Source: Eledone cirrhosa (Eukaryota). From it: 64,000 nt of DNA. The stretch is taken from contig OZ024740.1 of assembly GCA_964016885.1 (NCBI GenBank), positions 25,296,001 to 25,360,000 on the forward strand, written 5' to 3'. The notes below the pieces were generated by a model. The model ran no database searches and was not told the DNA's origin. It saw nothing but the letters and a program-made list of their open reading frames with translations. This document shows positions 12,507-26,128 of this stretch, one piece after another (positions within the stretch are counted from its first letter, which is position 1; each line of letters begins with the position of its first letter). Position numbers and translations under genes: made by a program.

Positions 12507-12874
12507 TGGGAATGTAATGTACTAAACAGACAAAAGATAGTACTAGTGGGAATGTAATGTACTAAACAGACAAAAGATAGTACTAGTGGGAATGTAATGT
12601 ACTAAACAGACAAAAGATAGTACTAGTGGGAATGTAATGTACTAAACAGACAAAAGATAGTACTAGTGGGAATGTAATGTACTAAACAGACAAAAGATAG
12701 TACTAGTGGGAATGTAATGTACTAAACAGACAAAAGATAGTACTAGTGGGAATGTAATGTACTAAACAGACAAAAGATAGTACTAGTGGGAATGTAATGT
12801 ACTAAACAGACAAAAGATAGTACTAGTGGGAATGTAATGTACTAAACAGACAAAAGATAGTACTAGTGGGAATG
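12507..12874. repeat. Perfect 40-bp minisatellite, 9.2 copies
   Basis: Unit tgggaatgtaatgtactaaacagacaaaagatagtactag repeated with no visible mismatch. Confidence 0.97.
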
Positions 12875-12967
12875 CTGACATCGTTCCAAACGTAAAGAAA
12901 AGCATAGGTCTCTTATTTAATTTACTCTGTGATGTCTTATTTAGTAGATAGATATACTTAAATATAA

Positions 12968-13245
12968 TTAATTGTTTCTACTTTTGGTACAAGGCCAGCA
13001 ACTATTCAGTACATTACTGGTATTTTATTTTATCGGCGCCGTAAGGTTGAACGGCAGAGTTAACCGCGACGGGATTTGAACTCAGACCGTAAAGGGATGT
13101 AACTATGCTAGAAAGCATGGTATCCAACTCTCTACCGATACTGCCAATTCACCGCCTTTATTTAATAATAATTTAGAATTAATTGTTTCTACTTTTGGCA
13201 CAAGGCCAGCAATTATCCCAGTGCATTACTGGTACTTTATTTTAT
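12968..13245 (-). mobile_element. Meta-domain-type SINE plus adjacent fragment
   Basis: Same consensus as 11750-12258. Confidence 0.7.
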
Positions 13246-13269
13246 ATTAATAATAATTGATATTAAGTG

Positions 13270-13520
13270 AAGAGCCTTGGGTTTGTTGTCATAGTATTCG
13301 ACTCACAAATATATGGTCGTGGTTTCAATTATCCGACCGGGTGGCGTGTTGCGTACATGCGCAAGGCACTTCGTTTTACTTTGTTCCACTACAATCAATT
13401 AAAAACGAGTGCCAGCTGATATTCCTAGGTGTTAACTTCTCAATGAACTGAAGTCATATACTGTGAGGAAACCATTCCGCTCTCAGTAGCCACAGAAAAT
13501 CGAATAAGGTTTAGTTTCAT
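13270..13520 (+). mobile_element. Degenerate CORE-type tRNA SINE
   Basis: ggtcgtggtttcaattatccgaccgggtggcgtgttgcgt...caaggcacttcgttttac resembles the head and core of the copies at 15496 and 30233. Confidence 0.45.
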
Positions 13521-13711
13521 GACGTCTCTGGACTCGAGAAATGCATGAGGTTTAAATTGGTGACTGGGGTTAGAATCGATAAGGAACGCCCTCAATTTCT
13601 GACTGCAATATATTTTTATAACCACTGAAGAAGTAAACGGACACTCGACAAAAATCAGAACGAAAAGCTTTGTAAATAAACGCCATAATGTACTTTGCTG
13701 TTGCCCTAACG

Positions 13712-13898
13712 ATAATTGTTTCTACTTTTGGCACAAGGCCAGCAATTACCCAGTACATTACTGGTACTTTATTTTATCGACCCCGTAAGGTTGAAAGGCA
13801 AAGTTAACCTCGGCGAGATTTGAACTCAGATCGTAAAGGGACGTAACTATCCTGGAAAGCATGTCCAACGCTCTACTGATACTGCCAATTCACCGCCA
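13712..13898 (-). mobile_element. Meta-domain-type SINE
   Basis: Full consensus including the head region (gatttgaactcaga...ctgccaattcaccgcc). Confidence 0.75.
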
Positions 13899-14772
13899 TG
13901 ACGATAATCTCAATCTATTTCATACGATGCTACATAATTCTCTCAATATACACAGTCATGTTACCAGATGCTCTACCGACTTTACCATACTACCGAAATT
14001 AATAGATATTTATAATTGTTTTATAAATAGGAATAAAGTAACATATTTTGTGGAAGGGAGGATTCTATTTAATCGTCACCATTAGTTCAAAGGGCCATAA
14101 GTATAAAAGGCAAACCGACGTCAGCAGGATTTGAACTCGGAATGGTCGTTGACAATGACAACGGTGAAGATGAGGACGACGACGATGATGATGATGGTAG
14201 TGATACTGAAATATAGCGATGAGGGTAAAGTGGTCTAAAACGATGTTTAATTATGTTGGTGATAATCTTCATTATGACCATGGTGATAATCATGATGTTG
14301 ACGTTAGTGGCAGTGATGGCGATGGGGATGATGATGATGATGACGGAGATGGGCTTGATAATTAGTGATGATGATGATGATGATGATGATGATATCTACA
14401 AAGAGGAAACTAAGTCGACGTCACTAGACAGTTCAAAAGATCAGTAAAATGATAGAAAGAAACAATAGAGTTGATTGGATGAGGAGAATGTATGATGGGG
14501 TGAGGAAATACAGAGTAATGTCTCCACATTCAATATTATTAAGCGGCCAGTGTTGGGATTGTGTTGCACGGAAGAACTGCAAGTGGAGAAACCTGAGACA
14601 TCACAGTAACTTTGAGGTTAAATATACCTAGGAGTCGTACACACTTTCACACACATACACACACAAAGGCATAGCACATGCATAAACACACACATAAAAG
14701 ACACACTCACACACATGCACCTACACATACATACACACAGAGATGACATATATATATATATATATACATATA

Positions 14773-14848
<76 letters not shown>

Positions 14849-15495
14849 TACATATATATATGTGTGTGGGGTGGGGGGGTATGTATATATGCGCTTGTTG
14901 TGTGAATGTGCAAACGCGTGTGTGAATCTACAGGGAAATACATATACACGCTCGAATGCAAAAATGTTTATACGCATATATATATATTTATCGAAATATA
15001 AACGCAAGTGACATGAAAAACTTCTGCAAAGAAATTGACTATTTAAACACAGTGGCTGGAAACCCAATCTGTAGGAGGAACAGCGAAATATGTAAAACAT
15101 TTGAAAATCAATATGTCTACATTCCAGTGATGTATCTTTGTCTCTCAGTGTGGAACTAGTTAATTTTCTCATCTATCTTCATAATGATTATACTCATCAT
15201 CATCATCATCATCGTCAACATCATCATCATCATCATCGTCGTCATCATCGTCATCATCACAATCATCATCATTATCATTTCCAACCAACTGAAATAGCAG
15301 GCCACCACTGTCCTACTCTATTTAATGCAGCTTTGATATTTACTGTAGGGCTCTGATCACAGGTCGGACTTTAAATCCCACGTGAAATTTGAAATCAGAA
15401 CGCAAAGAGCCGGAATAAATACCGCAAGACATCTCTTCCGCCTAATCACGGCTCCGAACTGAAATTTTATTTTATCAGCCCCAAAGGAATGAAAG

Positions 15496-15749
15496 TGAAG
15501 GCGCAGCATGGCTTAGTGGTTAGAGCATTGAGCTTGCAATCGAAAGGTTGTGAGTTCAATTCTCGGGCCGGGTGATGTGTTGTTTACTTGAACAAGACAC
15601 TTTATTTCACGTTGCTCCAGTTTACTCAGCTTTAGAAATGAGATGATAGGACTGTGGTCCCTATCATTAAATTACCCAAAACACCTCTAACGAGATATAC
15701 CTTGGAGGAGGCCAGCTAAACTGCGTAGGTGTGAGCTGTCACACACACA
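15496..15749 (+). mobile_element. CORE-type tRNA-derived SINE with (CA)n tail and 14-bp TSD, inserted in a minus-strand Meta-type SINE
   Basis: A box tggcttagtgg, B box gagttcaattc, core ttgaacaagacactttatttcac...ctcagc; TSD caaaggaatgaaag at 15482-15495 and 15750-15763. Confidence 0.8.
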
Positions 15750-16187
15750 CAAAGGAATGAAAGGAAACAATAGCCTTTGGCAGAATTTTAACTCAGACCG
15801 CAAAGTACTCCGATAGATATCGTATCATCCATCATTCTAATGAGTGTTCTGAAAATAAGCAGATCTTTCATATATCGTATGAATGCAAGGATGCAACAGC
15901 TTCATACAGCGACGCTTTTCAAAGGGAGACACGTGCATTCATAAGGTGACTCGGGGTGACACATTATATAACAAAGCTAGACTTATGAATTACATGTTCA
16001 ATCCAACGACCCCCCACACAATTTAAGCTACAACTTCATGATTACTCTGACTTGGCTTCTGCTAACTTAAACATATATTTAGAATATTTGTCCAAAATGT
16101 AATCAACTTGGAGCGAAACCAAGACTTCATAATTCCGATTCTGACAACTTATCTACCAAACTATGTATGTTATCATGACTATAGTAT

Positions 16188-16477
16188 CAGGGTTGGATTT
16201 AAATCTTGAGGGCTTCGTGTCACTTCAGGTTTAGGGGGTCCCATATACACACAGAAAAAACTAGAACACATCAACCTCCCCAATTTTACATATCAAAGTT
16301 AGCTTTGCGCAAGTAATTGGAATTGAAAACTTATACATACAGGTGTTAAAACAAAACAATTCTAACCATCCTAATATTAAAAACCCCAGGTGTCGGCACG
16401 AATGGGGACCCCATTGAAGGGGCCCGGGGCAATTGTCTCCTTTGTCCTTTGTCCTCCCACCTCATTACATCCGGTAG
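16188..16477. mobile_element. Old non-autonomous DNA transposon (MITE)
   Basis: Termini cagggttggattt ... acatccggtag; aligns along its length with the reverse complement of 63568-63843. Confidence 0.6.
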
Positions 16478-16586
16478 CACTTATCAATGTTTTCTAAACA
16501 GTTTAAATGATCTCTCCAAATCTGATATTTTCTCCGAAAAGACGCAATCTAACAACAAACGTCATTGCAATTCATACAGCTTTACA

Positions 16587-16703
16587 TAATAATTGTTTCT
16601 ACTTTTAGCACAAGACCAGCAATTATCCCGGTACATTACTGGTAGTTTATTTTATCGACCCCGTAAGGATGAAAAGCAAAGTTAACTTCGGCGGGATTTG
16701 AAC
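16587..16703 (-). mobile_element. Meta-domain-type SINE fragment
   Basis: ttttatcgaccccgtaaggatgaaaagcaaagttaacttcggcgggatttgaac. Confidence 0.7.
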
Positions 16704-17114
16704 AATAATGAAATGAGATTTTACCGACAAAACCACACAGAGCCAATGAGTTTTATGTACAACAGGAGACATACATTTATATATCTCTATGATGATATAT
16801 ATATTCATGTTTTTCATCAGAATTATAAAGAAAATATTTGCGTAAAGGACGTTCCAAACAAAACATTATTCCTATCTTTTTTTTCCCATACAACTTTACT
16901 ACTAGACTTTCGACTTTGAAATTTTCTGGAAACTGTATCCAATGTGATGATATATAGAATCAGGGTGAAGTTAGAAAGGAAAGCAGATAAGGTAGAGAGA
17001 AAAGATAGAAAATATATATACATAAATATATACAGACACGCAAGCACACACTCTTTCTATTTCTCTGTATGTATATATACATGGAGAGTGAGAGAGAAAG
17101 AAATAGAGAGAGAG

Positions 17115-17153
<39 letters not shown>

Positions 17154-17387
17154 GTAGTCTACAGTGAAGGAATAGAAAGACTAGATACAGTAGAGAGACA
17201 AAGTGAAATAATGTTTTGCAGTTGTTATAAAATGTGATTAACTAAATGTAATCAAAGGCGCAAAATAATGGAATAAGTATTTCATATATATATATGTGTG
17301 TGTGTATGTGTGTGTGTATATATATATATATATGGGTGTGTGTGTGTGTGTATGTGCACTCATACGTGTATGTGTATACAATATAAG

Positions 17388-17440
<53 letters not shown>

Positions 17441-17463
17441 TTCATATATATATATGCATATGA

Positions 17464-17536
<73 letters not shown>

Positions 17537-17615
17537 CATACATACATACATACATACATTCATACATACATACATATTCACACAAACATCTGCTTATAAA
17601 CAGGGCAAAAGCGAA

Positions 17616-17672
<57 letters not shown>

Positions 17673-18151
17673 TGTGTGCGTGTATGTGCGTATATACAAT
17701 ATATATATCTATATTCACTTGAACAAGCATATATATATATATATATATATACAGGACAGAGAAAAGAGTGATATTGAACAAAGAGTGGTAGAGTTTTAGA
17801 GATATAGCAAGTGTTCCAGAGACAGAGAGATGTAAAATGATGTAGTGAGGCTGTTATATATAAAGGAGTCACATATCTCTAATACAGATAACTTGAGATA
17901 ATATTTATATTCAATGAAGTATTTTCTGATCTGAAATAGAACGCTAGCATTGATAAGGTTCTAAGCTAATAATATAAGTGGGTCGTTCTCTTAAAATTGA
18001 TAGAATTTAGAAGCCAGCTTTCTATTTGTATATTGGTCTATATTTTTCTGTTCTATACATGTCTAATATTATTCCCTCCTTTCTCTAGCTCTGTCTATGT
18101 ATCTATCTTTCTATCTATATGTATATTCCCCTCTCTCTACATATTTTTCTT

Positions 18152-18251
<100 letters not shown>

Positions 18252-18325
18252 AATATATATATAACTATAAATATATTTATTTATATATATATATATACAT
18301 ACCTATATATATATATACATACTTC

Positions 18326-18368
<43 letters not shown>

Positions 18369-18698
18369 GTACCCTCCTCCACCTCTCTATCTTTCTCCCT
18401 CTCTCTATGTATTTCCTTTATATGTCGCTATCCATTCATGTTATGGTATATAGGATTTGTCTTGTTTCAGTTATCTCTCTTTAACTCCATATAACAGTTT
18501 AGGTCTATTCAGAGGGGATATTATACAGACAATACTTTATAAATATATTTACATTTACATAAATCGCCTGCATCTCTTACCTCGCTCTCTCACTCACTTT
18601 CATTCTCTCTTTATTTATTTATGTAGATATATAGATATAGATATATTATACATATGTGTGTTTGTGTTTGTGTATGTGTGTGTGTGTATGCATATATC

Positions 18699-18775
<77 letters not shown>

Positions 18776-18805
18776 GTATATATAAATGTATATATATATG
18801 TATGT

Positions 18806-18848
<43 letters not shown>

Positions 18849-18878
18849 TTAGACTTATATATATATACAGTCTTTAGA

Positions 18879-18918
<40 letters not shown>

Positions 18919-18929
18919 TCTAAAGACTG

Positions 18930-19150
18930 TCTTTAACCAGAAGGCTCATTTGGCCGGTGCTTATCCCGGTTTCATGGCGTGAAGCGATTGAGAGTACAAG
19001 ACTCCCCCCCTGGACAGGACGCCAGTTCATCGCAGGGTTAAACCTCCAGCTTTGCTGGTACTCATTTTCAGCTGAGTATACTGGAGCAATGTGAAATGAA
19101 GTGGTTTGCTCAAGAACACAACACACAACCCAGGAATCGAGCACACGACA
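18930..19150 (-). mobile_element. CORE-type SINE with a different 3' tail
   Basis: Minus strand: tcgattcctgggttgtgtgttgtgttcttgagcaaaccacttcatttcacattgctccagtatactcagctgaaaatgagtacc, then tail cctgcgatgaactggcgtcctgtccagggg. Confidence 0.7.
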
Positions 19151-19247
19151 TAATTGTTTCTATAATGATACATATATATTTGTATATAAATATAAATATA
19201 AATATATACATATATCCTACATGCAACAACACAGCTCGCCATTTTTC

Positions 19248-19288
<41 letters not shown>

Positions 19289-19342
19289 TATATATATACA
19301 TATATATATAAGTGTTTCTCCGTGTGTTTGTATATATATATT

Positions 19343-19620
19343 TGTAAAAGGTAAACTGAAATAACAACACAATCGGCACAGTATATGGAAGGGATATATT
19401 AGGTTAACGCTTGATATAGCAGGAATAGGGTCTTAACGTTTCGGATTCTAGTCCTTCACCAGAAGAAAGAATAAAAAATAAGATAGATTGAGGGGACGGG
19501 CGGGTTGAAATTGTAAAAAATGTCGTTAGATAAAAATAACAGGTCCATTCATGTTGACACGTCTCTTGGTAAACTGTTGATGCTGGCGTTTGTGTATGAT
19601 TTATTTTTTAGAAAAGTGGA
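19343..19620 (-). mobile_element. PLE-type pseudo-LTR fragment (family B)
   Basis: Reverse complement of 9822-10078; HHR at 19431-19466 (CTGGTGA-a-ggac/atcc-GAAACGTT). Confidence 0.65.
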
Positions 19621-19647
19621 ATATATATAAGTGTGTCTCTGTTTGTT

Positions 19648-19682
<35 letters not shown>

Positions 19683-20114
19683 TGAACCAGAACATTTCTC
19701 ACAATCCCTTTTCTCTTGACCACTATCTCTCCATTGTCATAACATTCACTATAAAGACTACAGAATAGTTTTCCAAATAAGGGCGCAAAAATGTAATAAA
19801 AACTTGTTCACGTGACAGCCAAATTTCATTTATAACCAACCAAAAACAAGCCTTCGTGAGCCTCCTTTTTTCAAGTAAAAAGAAATTCAAACACTCATAT
19901 ATGAAAAAACAACCTGTGACAACCCCCCCCCCCTCTCTTATTTGAAGAACTATTGTAACGCGAACTGGCGCGAAATTTATTATAATTATTGACAAACCAA
20001 TCAAATTACTTCTCGAAAAACCTGGAATTTCGAGCCACTTTTTCCATATAAAACAAGTAACATTCAGAGACCAACCAGATGTGAGAAAAACCACAGACCC
20101 TCCATCTCAACTGA

Positions 20115-20152
20115 CCTTTTGAAAAGCAGAAGAACTGCGAAACCGGTAAAGG
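20115..20152 (+). ncRNA. Minimal type I hammerhead, U3-A8 core variant (PLE family C pLTR, ~20078-20280)
   Basis: cctt-TTGAAAA-gcag/ctgc-GAAA-CCGG-TA-aagg with palindromic ACCGGT stem III; second copy on the minus strand at 36211-36364. Confidence 0.75.
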
Positions 20153-20285
20153 AACTAAATAAATATATATATATTTTTTGAAAATAAGACTTCAGTTGCA
20201 TTTTCGATTTCATCTCTTTTTCTTTATACTTTCACTCGTGTAGAACACCTCGGTTATTTTTCATTTTGTAAAAAAAAAAACTCAC

Positions 20286-20481
<196 letters not shown>

Positions 20482-20502
20482 ATTTATATTTATATATATA
20501 TA

Positions 20503-20585
<83 letters not shown>

Positions 20586-21036
20586 ATTGCTTACTTTTTT
20601 TTTTCCAATTGGTTTAATTTTAACACCCAGAAGTTTCTAATAATTTCCAATCAGAACGTATTGATAACCCCTGGACACATTGGAAACAGCACTTTCTCAT
20701 GTCACCTCTCAATATATCGATATCGGATTCACCTGGTTTCCTAGACATTCTATCTATTTTTTCTTTCTTAATTGATGTCAGGGGTGATCGATGTCATTGA
20801 TATTATATTTGTATATTTGCAGGTTTCAAGAGAAAGACATGATAAAGGGGCAGAGTTTCACGCAGCCATTCTTGTCATACATATCACTTACTTCTAACAG
20901 AAATACCATTCCAATCTAAAACACATACACTTTCCAACTAATTTAATTTCCTGTCTGCTCACCATACTATCAATCTCGAAAGAATTATTTAAAAGTTTGT
21001 AGGAATCCATCTTGTTATTTATCATTTACTTGTTTC

Positions 21037-21075
<39 letters not shown>

Positions 21076-21714
21076 ATAATGTTTCAACGTTAGTGTTACT
21101 CTTCCTGTCAAATGTTGACACTTTAACCTATCTTCAATTATGTTCTCACAAACGACACTTCAGACAATATATACAAAACTGAAGTGAATATATTTTTTAT
21201 GTCCTATTTTATTTGTATTTCTGTTTATATTACAAAAACAGGAATAATGGCGCCGTCCAAGTTATTTCTTCATGTCCCCCTTATCTGTGTAAGGAATGAG
21301 AACGTTCTTCTCAGGCAGAAGACCTCACCCAAATATTTGCAATTTACTGGACACAGCGAACTGCTACCGAGAGAATAATGGTGGAGTTAATACATGTGAC
21401 GCATTAAGTCTACTCTTCAAGAACGGAACAATAATTCCCAGTTTCCATACAGCTTTCATTCACTAAATTTCATCTGTGTTTGATCATCAAACCAGTTTGT
21501 TGCGAAGAGAACTTTTCAAATACACAGCCATATATTCATAAATGCTCCATCGACAATGTACCCGACAACCAGCAGTTTGGGATCAAGTCATTGGTAACAT
21601 CCATTGTCTACACATCTAAATATTAAACGGCCAAATACATTTATATTAAAATAGTAAACGGGTGGCTGAGAATTGAATTTGATTTATTATAATTTTTCTG
21701 TTTAACGCACAGGG

Positions 21715-22005
21715 GAAACATTTTTGGGGGAGGGGAAAGTTGATTAAATCGATCTCAGTGCGTTACACGTGCTTTATTCTATCGACCACATAAGGATGAA
21801 AGACAAAGCTAACATCGGCAGGATTTGAACTGAGAAGGTAGTAACGCCCTTCAAGGTTCTGTGGTTCAAAACCCGCACATTTTAGCTTTGTCTTTCATCC
21901 TTACAGGATCGATAAAATATAGCACCTGAAACTCACAGGGGATGAATTAATCGACTTTCCACTCCCACAAAATTGTTGGCTTAGTTCCTAAATTAGAAAA
22001 AGAAA
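21715..22005. mobile_element. Head-to-head inverted pair of diverged Meta-type SINEs
   Basis: aggatgaaagacaaagctaac...gatttgaac (minus) followed by ggttcaaaac...agctttgtctttcatcctt (plus). Confidence 0.6.
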
Positions 22006-22419
22006 CGTTACAATAATAACATACCCCTCTGTGAAACTCATCTTACAATAATCTGTCTCAATACCAGAAACAATATCACTAAATCAAATTCAGCAGAGAA
22101 AAACACGTTTCAACTTCATAGAAAGCAACCTCTCAATCAAACAATCCAGCATTACAGTTATAAGGAAAACAAATCAATTACAACCACATAAATGTAAGTA
22201 TCTACCACAGACTGACAAAAGCCACCTTCAAACATCCTGTCTCAGACTCAAACAATTCCGTCACAACTTCAGTCGAAAGAGTATGTTGCGTTTGAACCTG
22301 ACAAAAACAAAAGTTTAGCCCCATCAAAAATCAACAAATTATTTATTGTTGCACAGAAGTGTCAGATAAAAGACCAAACACATAAAATTAAGCACCGCCA
22401 GCCATATATAAATATATAT

Positions 22420-22480
<61 letters not shown>

Positions 22481-22485
<5 letters not shown>

Positions 22486-22826
22486 CTAAACGGAATAGAA
22501 AATGCTGACAAATTGTTCACAGTGAAAAATAGTTTAATTAGGAATAAATGAGAATTAGTAATTGTATTGGTTAGTATTCAGTTTTGGTTTTAAGTTTTTA
22601 CCGGAGCAAACATCACGGACGCTCTATCTCAAAATTATTTTTGAAAAGCATTTAGAAATGCGCAACCGGTAAAAACTTAAAACCAAAACTGATTACTAAC
22701 CAATACAATTACTAATTCTCATTTATTCCTAATTAAACTATTTTTCACTGTGAACAATTTGTCAGCATTTTCTACTCCGTTTACCAATATATAATAACTT
22801 GTGTGTTACACCTCTATTCTTTTAAC
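22481..22826. mobile_element. Solo inverted PLE pseudo-LTR pair with U3-A8 hammerhead motif
   Basis: Arms 22481-22604 and 22666-22790; HHR 22637-22675: TTGAAAA-gcattt/aaatgc-GCAA-CCGG-TA-aaaa (one core mismatch); (TA)n flanks. Confidence 0.7.
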
Positions 22827-22828
22827 TA

Positions 22829-22862
<34 letters not shown>

Positions 22863-23193
22863 ATAGGATGTTGACGGGACTAGAATCTGCTTCCCTGCTA
22901 GTACCGGTTGCATCTCAGCGTACTCAATAGATAAGTTTATGTAAGAATCCCACAGTAGACATAAAGTTAGTTGCTTCAATACAACACTCGTAAATGGGTA
23001 CCATAAATCTATATTCGTACTCGAGTTTCGGCCACACTTTATGCAGCAATAGAGTGCACAGCGTCTATTGTCTGCATTTATTATGCAACAATGCATAATC
23101 AGCGCATGTGGTTTAATCAGCAGATCTCCCCTAATCAATAACCAACATATCGACAGAATTCGATTCCAGTCATTGCCGCTTATGACAGATAAT

Positions 23194-23303
<110 letters not shown>

Positions 23304-23591
23304 AAATCAGTAAAATCGAATCTCTGGCGGTTTGCAGGTAAATTCGGCCTACTTATATGAAATGATGAGTTAGCAAAGCACTCGATAAGATAGGATCTTA
23401 GAGTAATAACATACGTTTAAATAGCTTGACAAATCGAACATTGTGGTAGGCGAAACCAATACACAATATATACCAAAGTAACGATAGAACTAATCAGGTT
23501 GAGAAATATATATATACAACCTCTTGTTGAGTTAAACAACGCCGTATGTTAAAACTATCCATAGTACCGAGTACTCACAACCTCTAACTGG

Positions 23592-23672
<81 letters not shown>

Positions 23673-23693
23673 GTATATATATATACATATATG

Positions 23694-23732
<39 letters not shown>

Positions 23733-24247
23733 CTGTGTGTCTGTGTGAGTGTGTGTGTGTGTGGAATCTGTATGTACTGGCGGTACAATGATATATTAAT
23801 AATATATACCGGGACAACATGGATCAATGTGATTATTTGGAGGTATGAGCCATCAATTGCAAAAATCTTTCCTCTTGATACGTTTATACATTAGTACATC
23901 ATTCCTTCATATAAAATATATTCTTATTAATCTTATGATACATTCTCGAAAGTAATTACCTTCTTTCTATGATGACTGCTATAAGCAACATCACAGTATT
24001 TTGATGTTGATAGTCATAGCGACGATAAAGCAATGTTTGCGATGTAGCAGAATCACTGGAGAGAACAATAACCTCATTTAGAGTTAGACATGTTTAGATT
24101 CAAGGGCTAACCACATATAGATAGAGTTTATTAAGTAACTTTAAAAGATCTCAAGTCACAATAACATGATAGCATACCATTGGAATGAAGAGGGAACGTA
24201 AGTATTTATTATAAGAGAGAAATAAAATTGTAATTGTTTACACACAT

Positions 24248-24322
<75 letters not shown>

Positions 24323-24553
24323 TATTTAAAGGAGAGAACCAAGATTTTGAAATTACATCCATATATATATACAGATGTATATATATATATATATAATATT
24401 CAAAATATTAACAAATGAAAAATATTCTCATAATCAAAATATATACTTTATTATATATATGTTGTTTTTTCAGTACGTCCTCATCAGACAAAATATATGA
24501 TTTGATATATGACATACCGCTACTGTCTTGATTATACAATTACAGTATCGGCA

Positions 24554-24677
<124 letters not shown>

Positions 24678-24729
24678 AGATTTGAATGGATACAGTTTAG
24701 TTGAAAGGAATTTATTGACACGTGTTTCT

Positions 24730-25080
24730 ATAACAGTTACATAACCTAAAACAGCTATCTACAAACTTTTAGTTATGCAGACATTCAATATTTCAATGTT
24801 ATTGTTTACTGTCATTTCATCAGAATAATATTACTGAGGACCTATTTAGTTTTTATAGAGAATATTAGGAGGAAGGGGTGAAGTTGTTAGAAGAATAGTT
24901 GAAGGAGTGGTTTTTCGATAGCAGTGAGAATTCTTGGTGGCAGTGATTAATTAGATTCCCATCTGTTGTTTTGACATTTTTTATAGAATATATTATTGGT
25001 TATTTTTCTAAATCTATAGAAGGATTAGAGATAGTAAAGATATGCGTGGTTGGTTTTGTGTTTGCACTTAACATTCAGAC
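24730..25080 (-). mobile_element. Possible decayed PLE 3' end with hammerhead-like motif
   Basis: Minus strand 24783-24827: att-CTGATGA-aatg...catt-GAAATATT-gaat; upstream degenerate peptide GNLINHCH resembles a PLE C-terminus. Confidence 0.35.
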
Positions 25081-25419
25081 TTAAATTTTTCTTTCAAGTG
25101 TACGTATTCTTTCACCCACGCATTCACACACAAATATATTTGCACACCTCTACAAAATACATATACTCACAATTCACATATTCATACTTACATATATATA
25201 CACATGCATACACATATATATACACACATGTATTCATGTACATACATACGCGCTCATGTGTATACATTTTCATACTCAACTTATCTTTATATATACACAC
25301 GTATAGACACACACATATATACATACATACTCTAGTCCATGTGTACACACATACACATACTCTACGTGAGCTGATAATCTACTGTGTGTAATATTTATAT
25401 TACAACACAACGGAAAAAA

Positions 25420-25509
<90 letters not shown>

Positions 25510-25548
25510 ATATATTATATATATTTATATATATATATATATTATATA

Positions 25549-25580
<32 letters not shown>

Positions 25581-25583
<3 letters not shown>

Positions 25584-25804
25584 CGTTTCTGAATTTGTTT
25601 AGCAAAGAAAGGAATCCCCAGTCACTGAAGAGGTCACAGAGTGTGTGACGAAAGAACTATGACAATATATAAACAACTATCTGGTTGTGGAACCAACCAA
25701 CCAACCAGAAATTTATAAATTTATTATAAATTTATTATAATAAATTGAAGTGAATGCAACTGGTGCGTGTGTTTCTTATTGGCAACATGACCCTCCCAAA
25801 GTAT

Positions 25805-25810
<6 letters not shown>
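25581..25810 (+). mobile_element. Solo pseudo-LTR of PLE family A with short inverted tail
   Basis: 25605-25810 matches 2008-2220; 25581-25605 matches the inverted tail at 707-731; HHR 25621-25663 gtca-CTGAAGA-g-gtcaca/tgtgac-GAAA-gaac-TA-tgac. Confidence 0.8.
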
Positions 25811-25898
<88 letters not shown>

Positions 25899-26016
25899 AT
25901 ATATGTATATATATAGTGTGTGTGTATATATATATATGTGTGTATATATATATGTGTATATATATATATATATATAAATATGTGTGTGTGCGTGTATATA
26001 TATGTGTGTATATATA

Positions 26017-26059
<43 letters not shown>

Positions 26060-26128
26060 ATAATAATAAAATTGAAGACTAAAATCCAAAGAGGGCTCGA
26101 TAAGGATAAATATATATCAAATATATAA

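Noticed and set aside
12507-12874. CRISPR-like appearance of the 40-bp array
   Set aside because: Units are contiguous and identical with no spacers, no cas genes, and a eukaryotic context.
15496-15570. tRNA gene (also at 30233)
   Set aside because: A/B boxes continue into a SINE core, tail and TSDs; no convincing cloverleaf.
19683-20078. Decayed PLE endonuclease upstream of the 20115 hammerhead
   Set aside because: Position fits, but no convincing GIY-YIG motif could be read by eye.
20690-21620. Possible host exons in unique-looking sequence
   Set aside because: Only short frames with stops, no recognisable motif, ambiguous splice signals; a small exon cannot be excluded without RNA data.
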